The notes below the pieces were generated by a model. It did no database searches. It had not been told where the DNA came from and was given only the letters and a program-made list of their open reading frames with translations. Both the position numbers and the translations under genes were made by a program. This document shows, piece by piece, positions 19,891 through 27,621 of a DNA stretch of 39,152 bases (within the stretch, counting starts at the first letter, position 1; each line of letters opens with the position of its first letter). The stretch is from an uncultured bacterium (GTDB taxonomy: Bacteria; Fidelibacterota; Fidelibacteria; Fidelibacterales; Fidelibacteraceae): NCBI GenBank assembly GCA_964606395.1, contig CAZSGO010000001.1, positions 14,579 through 53,730 of the forward strand, written 5' to 3'.

Positions 19891-21534
19891 TTATGCCAGC
19901 ATTTTTTCAATATCTTCATCAACGGTTCCTATGCCACCGATGCCGAAATTTTCAACCAGAACATTAACGACATTGGGCGAAAGGAAAGCTGGCAATGTTG
20001 GGCCGAGATGAATGTTCTTAACACCGAGAGAAAGAAGAGCCAGCAATACAATAACTGCCTTTTGTTCGTACCAGGCAATATTATACGCGATGGGTAATTC
20101 GTTGATATCGTTGAGCTCAAAGACTTCTTTCAGCTTAAGGGCTATTACCGCCAGAGAGTAGGAGTCGTTACATTGTCCCGCATCCAAAACCCGGGGGATT
20201 CCATTTATATCTCCCAGTGGTAATTTGTTGTAACGATATTTTGCGCAACCTGCGGTAAGGATAACCGTGTCCCCGGGAAGCTTGTTGGCGAATTCGGTGT
20301 AGTAGTCGCGACTTTTCATGCGCCCGTCGCAACCCGCCATGACAAGGAATTTGCGGATGGCGCCGGTTTTGACAGCATCAACAACCTTGTCAGCCAAAGC
20401 AATTACCTGGTTATGGGCAAAACCACCAACGATCTCACCGGTTTCAATTTCCGTGGGAGCTGGAAGTTGTTTTGCGTGATCGATGATCACAGAGAAATCT
20501 TTGGGCTCACCGTTCTTGCGGGCCGCTATGTGCTCACACCCCTCGAAACCCGATGCCCCCGTAGTATATATGCGGTCCATATAGGATGATTTTGGAGGAA
20601 CGATACAATTGGTAGTAAAGAGAACCGGTCCGTTAAAGCTTTCGAATTCTTCTTTTTGTTTCCACCAGGCATTACCATAGTTACCAACAAAATGTTCATA
20701 TTTTTTGAAAGCGGGGTAGTAGTTAGCTGGCAACATTTCACTGTGAGTGTAAACATCAACGCCTGTGCCTTCGGTTTGTTTGAGCAGTTCTTCCATGTCT
20801 TTCAGATCATGACCGGAAATCAATATCGCAGGGTTATTGCGAACACCGATATTTACTCGTGTGATCTCGGGATTACCATAAGATTCTGTGTTTGCCTGGT
20901 CCAAAAGTGCCATAACATCCACACCAAACTTGCCACACTGTAGAACCAACGCAACTAATTCTTCAAGCGAATGTTCTTCTTCGGTAGCGGCCAGGCCGCG
21001 ATGAATAAAAGCAAAAACCTCGTCATTCTTATAACCTAAATTGTAAGCATGTTCGGCATAGGCCGCCATACCCTTTAAGCCGTAAGTTAACAATTCTTTC
21101 AGCGAGCGAAGGTCTTCGTTTTTCTCTGTCAAAACACCCACCAATTCACTGTAAGCAAAAATAGTATCGTCGTCGTTGGCCGCCCAGGTTGCACAAGAAG
21201 GTAATACTTCGGGGAGCACAATGCTATTATCCTTGAGTTCGTTTTTAACAAAATCACGAACTTCGAACCCCTCATATATCTTGGCAAGGATCTTTGTTTT
21301 ATCAAAGTTTGCGTTTGTGATCGTTGCAAAAAGCGATTCAAAAGCATATTTGTCTGCTTTAGCAATAATAAGATCATTTTTTCTGCCCAGATCTGCAAGA
21401 ACCGACACGCCCTTAACCACGTCGATCAAAAGGTCCTGAAGATTTGCGACATCGGGTGTCTTACCGCAGACGCCCTGAACAGTACAACCGCTGCCTTTGG
21501 CAGCTTCTTGACATTGAAAACAAAACATACTCAT
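19891..21534 (-). CDS. hcp: Hydroxylamine reductase / hybrid-cluster protein Hcp
   Basis: The N-terminal Cys cluster [16 protein letters not shown] is present and the full length is Hcp-like. The start at MSMFCFQ is preceded by GGAGG (21541..21545 on plus as CCTCC). Confidence 0.95.
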   Translation of the reverse strand: MSMFCFQCQEAAKGSGCTVQGVCGKTPDVANLQDLLIDVVKGVSVLADLGRKNDLIIAKADKYAFESLFATITNANFDKTKILAKIYEGFEVRDFVKNELKDNSIVLPEVLPSCATWAANDDDTIFAYSELVGVLTEKNEDLRSLKELLTYGLKGMAAYAEHAYNLGYKNDEVFAFIHRGLAATEEEHSLEELVALVLQCGKFGVDVMALLDQANTESYGNPEITRVNIGVRNNPAILISGHDLKDMEELLKQTEGTGVDVYTHSEMLPANYYPAFKKYEHFVGNYGNAWWKQKEEFESFNGPVLFTTNCIVPPKSSYMDRIYTTGASGFEGCEHIAARKNGEPKDFSVIIDHAKQLPAPTEIETGEIVGGFAHNQVIALADKVVDAVKTGAIRKFLVMAGCDGRMKSRDYYTEFANKLPGDTVILTAGCAKYRYNKLPLGDINGIPRVLDAGQCNDSYSLAVIALKLKEVFELNDINELPIAYNIAWYEQKAVIVLLALLSLGVKNIHLGPTLPAFLSPNVVNVLVENFGIGGIGTVDEDIEKMLA

Positions 21535-21625
21535 AATTATCCTCCGGTGATTGTTGCAGATTTTCTGCATTACTTGTTTTTTCAATTTCCGATGTCAATG
21601 TAGTAAGAAAGCCCTATATTAATCG

Positions 21626-21639
21626 GTAACATATGTTAC
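21626..21639. promoter_or_regulatory. Perfect palindrome GTAAC-ATAT-GTTAC, candidate HcpR operator in the hcp/hcpR divergent region
   Basis: Read directly from the sequence. It lies about 92 bp upstream of the hcp start and about 15 bp upstream of the hcpR start. From memory, it is the GTAAC/GTTAC-type palindrome proposed by comparative genomics for HcpR outside the delta-proteobacteria. Confidence 0.6.
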
Positions 21640-21653
21640 GGGAGGATATGTTT

Positions 21654-22328
21654 ATGACAATTTGTGAACAATTATCTCAAAATATCTTATTCAAAGATGT
21701 TGATTTTCGTGAAATTTGCACAATGCTTGAGGGAATATCTTATAAAAAAACCATTTATAATAATAATGATGTAATAGCAATGGATGGAGATCTGGTGGCG
21801 GGGCAATTTATTATGTTGAATGGGAGCGTCCGGGGCGAAATGACAAATTACACAGGTAAAGTTGTAAAAATTGAAGATATTGAAGGCTGTAAATTGCTTG
21901 CACCTGCTTTTTTGTACGGACCGGATAACCATTATCCTGTAGATATTATTGCCAACAAGAAGACAGAATGTATCTTTATAACCAAGTCATCATTCTCGAT
22001 ATTACTCCAGACAAACCCGACGGTACAAAAAAACTTTCTGGACATTGTTGCAGGAAAAACACAGTTTTTGTCCAATAAAATTAAATTTTTGACCCTACAG
22101 CCCATCAAGGGAAAAATAGCCGATTACTTATTAAAAAGGACAAGAAGTAAATTACTGAATACTATTGACCTTCCCTATTCTCAGGACAAATTGGCAGACC
22201 TGTTCGGCGTAACACGCCCGGCACTTACAAGAGCTCTTCGAGAGCTCGATCAAAGCAAGATTATTTGCGCCAAAGGAAAAAGGGTGTGTATCCTTGACAG
22301 AAAAAAATTAGAAGAATTTATTAATTAA
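21654..22328 (+). CDS. hcpR: Crp/Fnr-family transcriptional regulator, HcpR-like by context
   Basis: It has an N-terminal cNMP-binding-like beta-barrel and a C-terminal HTH (SQDKLADLFGVTRPALTRALRELD), and it is divergent from hcp. The start at MTICEQ lies 8 nt after GGAGG. The ORF-track ATG at 21633 lies inside the palindrome. Confidence 0.85.
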   Translation: MTICEQLSQNILFKDVDFREICTMLEGISYKKTIYNNNDVIAMDGDLVAGQFIMLNGSVRGEMTNYTGKVVKIEDIEGCKLLAPAFLYGPDNHYPVDIIANKKTECIFITKSSFSILLQTNPTVQKNFLDIVAGKTQFLSNKIKFLTLQPIKGKIADYLLKRTRSKLLNTIDLPYSQDKLADLFGVTRPALTRALRELDQSKIICAKGKRVCILDRKKLEEFIN

Positions 22329-22391
22329 GATAAATGCGTGCTTTCGTCCAAATAACGAGCGCCGAAATCTTAGGGATCATCCATTTTGAAT

Positions 22392-22407
22392 TGTGATCAC
22401 GGTCACA
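22392..22407. promoter_or_regulatory. Perfect CRP-type site TGTGA-N6-TCACA upstream of the DUF2851 gene
   Basis: TGTGATCACGGTCACA was read directly from the sequence. Its centre is about 52 bp upstream of the ATG at 22452. Confidence 0.5.
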
Positions 22408-22451
22408 GCTTGAAAATCTAACTTTAATCAGCACGAAAAATGACTTAAATT

Positions 22452-23696
22452 ATGGCCATGGGGACATTATATTGCACATCTTTTATGCCGTATTTGGAAT
22501 TATTTGAACCGCGCTCTATCTACATTTCCGAGCTTAGGTTGCAGCATGCCTGGAAACAGTCTCTTTGGAAACAGTCACGATATGATTTATGCGGAAGGGC
22601 AATAAAAATTTTGAGCCCGGGACGTCACAATCATAGCGATGGCCCCGATTTTTTAGATGCAAAAATTCTGTTAGATGGAAAATTGCTTAACGGAGATATT
22701 GAGGTTCATCATCGCGCATCGGATTGGTATGCCCATAAACATCATTTAGATCCGGCATACAACCACTGTATACTTCATGTTGTTTTCCAGGCTACCGAAA
22801 ATCCCATAGATGCACGCTGTGAAGCTGGAAAATTACTTCCAACATGTCATGTCTCGCTTGAAGAGGTTTGGGACATTGAACCACCCGGCGCTTGCCGTAT
22901 TTTCACACCTGATAAAGATCTATACTTTAAATTATTACAAAAAAACGGATGGGAGCGTGTAAATAAAAAGGTGCGTTATTTTTATGATAATCGTTTGCGT
23001 TTTCCCGGTGATGTAATGTTATACTGGGGGCTGTTCAAAGCTTGCGGATATAGATATAATGAAGAGAACATGATAAAACTGTTTATTCGTTTCCCCTGGT
23101 CTGCTTATTGTGACGAACTGTTGGATAAGCGCGATATCATTCCCATGCTAAATAAACTCGCGGGATTTTCTTTGAAGGACAAAGAGCATATTGATATTCG
23201 TTGGACCCGATCACGTACGCGCCCTGCTCATTTTCCCGAAAAACGGGTAGCTTGGCTTGGAAAGCTAATGACAGTGTATTATAGAACGTCTCTTACGGAT
23301 ATTCTATATGAAACATTTTATCAAAAAGAGACAATAGAAAATCTATATTTTATACTTTTTCAATTGGACGAGGTTGTTTCCCCCGGTATCGGGATCCAGA
23401 GAGAAATGCTAATGAATGCGGTTTTAACTTTAATGGAAGCGATGCGGATAGACAAGGGTGACAAAGAGCCGGTTTTTTCAACCATAAGAAGAGAAATAGA
23501 AAATTGCACAATGCCCCATGCATACGGCGCAGTAAGGCGATTTCACGAGCAACACGGAATAAGCGAAAAAGATAAAAGACAAAGAAACTGGCTGGTCTCA
23601 CAGGGTGTTTTGAATATTAGAGATCTTTATTGTTCACAGGGCATGCAATTAAACTGCCCGATCTGCCTTATGGATGAAGAAACAGCAGGGTGTTGA
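22452..23696 (+). CDS. DUF2851-family protein (function unknown)
   Basis: The segment SPGRHNHSDGPDFLDAKILLDGKLLNGDIEVHHRASDWYAHKHHLDPAYNHCILHVV matches my recollection of the conserved N-terminal core of DUF2851. The length, about 410 aa, is typical. The C-terminus carries a CPIC motif. Confidence 0.75.
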   Translation: MAMGTLYCTSFMPYLELFEPRSIYISELRLQHAWKQSLWKQSRYDLCGRAIKILSPGRHNHSDGPDFLDAKILLDGKLLNGDIEVHHRASDWYAHKHHLDPAYNHCILHVVFQATENPIDARCEAGKLLPTCHVSLEEVWDIEPPGACRIFTPDKDLYFKLLQKNGWERVNKKVRYFYDNRLRFPGDVMLYWGLFKACGYRYNEENMIKLFIRFPWSAYCDELLDKRDIIPMLNKLAGFSLKDKEHIDIRWTRSRTRPAHFPEKRVAWLGKLMTVYYRTSLTDILYETFYQKETIENLYFILFQLDEVVSPGIGIQREMLMNAVLTLMEAMRIDKGDKEPVFSTIRREIENCTMPHAYGAVRRFHEQHGISEKDKRQRNWLVSQGVLNIRDLYCSQGMQLNCPICLMDEETAGC

Positions 23697-23746
23697 AAAT
23701 AAATTTTTCATAGTTTCGTTTATCAATTATTAGTACATTTTACGAT

Positions 23747-24229
23747 ATGAAAGATTTATATACCATTAAAGATTGGTCAACGCTAAAAGAGCGCGTTATT
23801 AGATGTAAAGAAACCGGAGACAAATTGGTTTTTACCAATGGCTGTTTTGATGTTTTACATCCGGGGCATAACGCCCTCTTGGCATTTGTCAGAGATCAGG
23901 GCGGATTGAGTGTTTTAGGGCTTAATAGCGATTCAAGTCTTCGAAAACTAAAAGGACCCGGAAGACCGGTAAATCCCGAAAAAACCCGCGCCAAGAAACT
24001 CCTTGAAACAGGATACATTGATGCAGTTGTGATATATGAAGAAGATACCCCATGGAAACTCATTGACTTTTTGAAGCCTGATGTTCTGATCAAGGGGGGT
24101 GATTATACCCTTGAAACCATTGTTGGAGCACAAGAAGTAGAGGCATGGGGCGGGCTAGTGCTCGTTTTCCCGAGGATTCCGGGATACTCAACAACAACAA
24201 TACTAAACACGAAAATAAAAAAACCGTGA
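23747..24229 (+). CDS. rfaE2: D-glycero-beta-D-manno-heptose 1-phosphate adenylyltransferase (RfaE domain II type cytidylyltransferase)
   Basis: The nucleotidyltransferase motif FTNGCFDVLHPGH is present. The size (160 aa) and C-terminal GYSTT fit stand-alone RfaE domain II. Confidence 0.88.
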   Translation: MKDLYTIKDWSTLKERVIRCKETGDKLVFTNGCFDVLHPGHNALLAFVRDQGGLSVLGLNSDSSLRKLKGPGRPVNPEKTRAKKLLETGYIDAVVIYEEDTPWKLIDFLKPDVLIKGGDYTLETIVGAQEVEAWGGLVLVFPRIPGYSTTTILNTKIKKP

Positions 24230-24258
24230 AACAAATAAAGGATAAAGGTGTTTGGTCT

Positions 24259-25098
24259 ATGATGAATAAAATTACAAAACCTTACATTCTTGTGATCATA
24301 CTAATTCTTATTGGAACGGTAAACACATTGTCTGCCGAAAATATACTTAAGATATTGGCCGGATATGGTAGAGATTCGCTCGCTACGTTTTCAACGCAAA
24401 ATGCTCAAGCGGAAGCAGCTAAAGTATTTAATTTGATCTTGGAGCCGGATGGTAAAGTAACCGCGGAAAAAGCAGAACAATATCTTAGTGGCACAAAATC
24501 TTCCGCAATGAAAGCATATCTTTCCGTGATGTTAGCTGACTATGCTTTTGTAAATAATGCCTATGATAGTGGATTGCGCTATCTCAAACGCGCAGTAGAA
24601 GAATATGACCCCATTAGAAACGACAGCTATTATCGTATGGTCTTAGCTCGAGCACAAAAAAATATTGTTGAATCTCCGGGAACAACAAACGACACAAAAC
24701 CTAGTATTCTTGCTGATTATCACCCGACGGCGATAAAAATGGAACCGATTGTTGAAAAAGTAACTCTTGACACAACACCCAAGCCAATGGGTTCTACCCC
24801 TAATCCGGTTGTTGAAACCAAAGAAGAAGAGATCGCAACGATATCTGAAAAAACGATTAATTTTAGAATACAAGTTGGTGCTTTTTCCGTCAAAGAAAAC
24901 GCAGACAAAAAACAAGATTATTTTAAGGACCACGGTTATCCGGTAGAGATCAACAGGCGAGAGATCACATCCGGCTATTTATATATTGTTCGGATTGGTG
25001 AATTTGAGACATATAATGAAGCCAAGAACGCCTTATCTGAGCTTAAATCAAAACATCCTTCTGAAGATGGGATAGTTATAAAGGTAGCCGGAAAATGA
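24259..25098 (+). CDS. SPOR domain-containing protein with an N-terminal signal/anchor
   Basis: The C-terminal SPOR domain reads FRIQVGAFSVKENADKKQDYFKDHGYPVEINRREITSGYLYIVRIGEFETYNEAKNALSELK. The start is placed at MMNKITKPYILVIILILIGTVNTLSA. The ORF-track start at 24145 overlaps rfaE2. Confidence 0.8.
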   Translation: MMNKITKPYILVIILILIGTVNTLSAENILKILAGYGRDSLATFSTQNAQAEAAKVFNLILEPDGKVTAEKAEQYLSGTKSSAMKAYLSVMLADYAFVNNAYDSGLRYLKRAVEEYDPIRNDSYYRMVLARAQKNIVESPGTTNDTKPSILADYHPTAIKMEPIVEKVTLDTTPKPMGSTPNPVVETKEEEIATISEKTINFRIQVGAFSVKENADKKQDYFKDHGYPVEINRREITSGYLYIVRIGEFETYNEAKNALSELKSKHPSEDGIVIKVAGK

Positions 25099-27446
25099 GA
25101 ATTTTACGCCCATTGGTGATCTTCATACTTTTGTGTTCCGGGATGCTTTTTGCCGTCGTGGGCGACTGGGTCTCTTACGGATCCCAATTAACACTCAAAG
25201 ATTTACATGTTTCCGGTAAATTACTTCGTGCCGCATCACATGGCGGAATAGCTGTTTTTGATACCGAAAGCGAGAGTTTCAGCACCGAATCTAATACCGA
25301 CCAACTTAAGCATATTGATATACTTCGCTATTATGTAAACAGTGATGGAAGCGAATGGTATTCTTATGCTTCCGGTGTAAACGGAATAAGCTATCGTTCT
25401 GTTAGCGGAAATAGCGATTATTTTGATTTTGGATTTACCGATGCATCATCATTTGCCGGGACTACAGGCCAGGTACTTGCTGTTTACATGAACGGTTTGT
25501 CTCCCGAGATCGCTCACTTTGTTAAACACAACAACCGGTATGTGTTTCAGGATACTTACAATCAATTTCCAGGCAACCCGGCAACGATTTATGATATTGA
25601 AATTGCGGGAGACAGCTTGTTTATTGCAACAGACAAAGGGTTAATAAAAGCATGGTTATATAATGCCAACCTCAAGCCCGAAAGTGCATGGAGGGGGGTT
25701 GCTTTAGATAGCTGTATAATACCCCAGTGCCTCGGTGTATTCGGAGATAGTCTTTATATCGTCAATGAAAAAAATGACCTTTACAGTTATTTCAACGGAA
25801 ATGAAAATAAAATTCTTGAGAGCGATGAAGCGGGTCTCGCATTTTTTCCAAAGGGAAACCGGTATTATTATGCAACACAACACACCATATATAACGCCCA
25901 AACGGGTGAAAGCATATATATATCCGAAAATGACCTAAGTGGTTTTTCATTTCAGGGCGATACTCTCTGGGTTGCCGAAGAGAATAAAGGTGTTTTGCGT
26001 ATTCTTGCGAACGGTGCCGGAACAAAACGCTTTATACCCAACACACTTCTATACACGAAATCAAACGCGCTTGCGATCACAGAAGATCAAAAAGTAGCTG
26101 TTTGTGGACTCAATGGTATTTCCATTCTGGACGATAGAAGTTGGCACAACTTGGTGTTTTCACCGCACGAAGAAATTATTCACGATGAAGTATTTTCAGA
26201 CAAATTTTCGGCGGACACAGTAAATATTGCGTATCGCATCGGTGGGGAGACCACGGTATATGATGCAATGATTGCATCAAGCGGCGAACTTTTTTGTTCA
26301 ATTAGCGATGTGACGGCACTTCCTATTGTCGGGCAAAATCAAAACGCTGAAGGTCCGGGCGCTCTACAAAGAATTGATTTGAATGATCTTTATCGGTATA
26401 CCGTGTATGATACAAGCAATCACGTTATTGTGGGAACACAAGAGCTCGGGGGAGACGAAATATATCTCAAAATGAGAGGTATGGCAGAAGATAGGTATGG
26501 CAATATTTGGGCACTGAATGTTCACACTCTGGCGGGTCAAACATTATTAAAGATCTCGCCGATCGGGCAGATAACAAAATACTCGACTGAAGATTCCGAA
26601 AACAAGCTTCAAATTCTTGCCAGAGAAATGGTCTTTGATACATATGGGCGACTTTGGATCGCTAATGAAGCCCGTCAATCAGATATTCCAAGAACAACCG
26701 GTGGTATAACCGTGTATGACCAGAACACGGGTGTCTGGGCGTTGATCACAACCGCGGACGGTTTAATATCAAATGATGTATATTCAATTGACATCGACCC
26801 CATTACCGGGAATATTTGGGTCGCCACGGCTTCCGGAGTGCAAATGATCCGCACGCCCGGTTCCCTTACCGCCGATACCGACTTTAGTATGAATCCTTCT
26901 ATTGACGGTTTAAGTGGCATGGTCCCTATAAAAATTAGAATTGACGCAAAAGGTAATAAGTGGATACTGACCCAAAGTCAAGGTGTTCAGATCTATATGA
27001 CCAACAATCGTTGGTTTGATGATGGCAATGGTTTGAGGGCCGCTAATTCACAGCTTTTAGATGACGTTATATACGATCTCGTTTTTGACGACAAAAACGG
27101 TTATGCCTATTTGTTAACTGCCTCCGGATTAAGTCGGTATGAGATAGCATGGACAGAAGAGCGAACAAGTTTGGAAAACGTGATTGTTTTTCCACAGCCT
27201 TTTCATCCCGGCGTTGATCCCGCACTTGTTATTGATGGCCTTGCAGAACAATGCCAGGTTCGCATTACCACGCTTACAGGCCGGGTTGTACGCGAATTTG
27301 CTACCGATGCAATAGAAAATCTTGAAAAACAGATCGTTTGGGATGGTGTTTTACCAAATGGAAATTACATTCCCCGTGGTGTATATCTGATATTTATCAG
27401 CAATATTGACGGATTAAAAACAACTGTAAAATTTGCCGTAGAATAA
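25095..27446 (+). CDS. Secreted beta-propeller (two-component-regulator-propeller-like repeats) protein with a FlgD-Ig/T9SS-type C-terminal domain
   Basis: There is a signal peptide (MRILRPLVIFILLCSGMLFA). Reg_prop-like repeats recur (GNIWALN, GRLWIANE, GNIWVATASGV, GNKWILTQSQGV). The C-terminus reads VFPQPFHPG...GVYLIFISN...KFAVE. The ATGA overlaps the SPOR gene stop. Confidence 0.8.
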   Translation: MRILRPLVIFILLCSGMLFAVVGDWVSYGSQLTLKDLHVSGKLLRAASHGGIAVFDTESESFSTESNTDQLKHIDILRYYVNSDGSEWYSYASGVNGISYRSVSGNSDYFDFGFTDASSFAGTTGQVLAVYMNGLSPEIAHFVKHNNRYVFQDTYNQFPGNPATIYDIEIAGDSLFIATDKGLIKAWLYNANLKPESAWRGVALDSCIIPQCLGVFGDSLYIVNEKNDLYSYFNGNENKILESDEAGLAFFPKGNRYYYATQHTIYNAQTGESIYISENDLSGFSFQGDTLWVAEENKGVLRILANGAGTKRFIPNTLLYTKSNALAITEDQKVAVCGLNGISILDDRSWHNLVFSPHEEIIHDEVFSDKFSADTVNIAYRIGGETTVYDAMIASSGELFCSISDVTALPIVGQNQNAEGPGALQRIDLNDLYRYTVYDTSNHVIVGTQELGGDEIYLKMRGMAEDRYGNIWALNVHTLAGQTLLKISPIGQITKYSTEDSENKLQILAREMVFDTYGRLWIANEARQSDIPRTTGGITVYDQNTGVWALITTADGLISNDVYSIDIDPITGNIWVATASGVQMIRTPGSLTADTDFSMNPSIDGLSGMVPIKIRIDAKGNKWILTQSQGVQIYMTNNRWFDDGNGLRAANSQLLDDVIYDLVFDDKNGYAYLLTASGLSRYEIAWTEERTSLENVIVFPQPFHPGVDPALVIDGLAEQCQVRITTLTGRVVREFATDAIENLEKQIVWDGVLPNGNYIPRGVYLIFISNIDGLKTTVKFAVE

Positions 27447-27621
27447 TTTATTAAATTAAACGGATAGCCAATTCACGTTATATAAGAAGTTTCTCTGATA
27501 CATTCATGATATTGCTCCCTTTGTTTTATACAAACATTGCATCGGAGAACAAGATTGCCTTTTATATATTCTTTGGCTACATTTATTTGATGAATTGATT
27601 TGAACTCTAAAAAGGACTAGA

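Noticed and set aside
27447-27621. The 175-bp region upstream of alaS, considered as a T-box or other riboswitch.
   Set aside because: It is too short for a T-box, and I saw no specifier/T-box consensus or terminator hairpin. It probably holds only a promoter.
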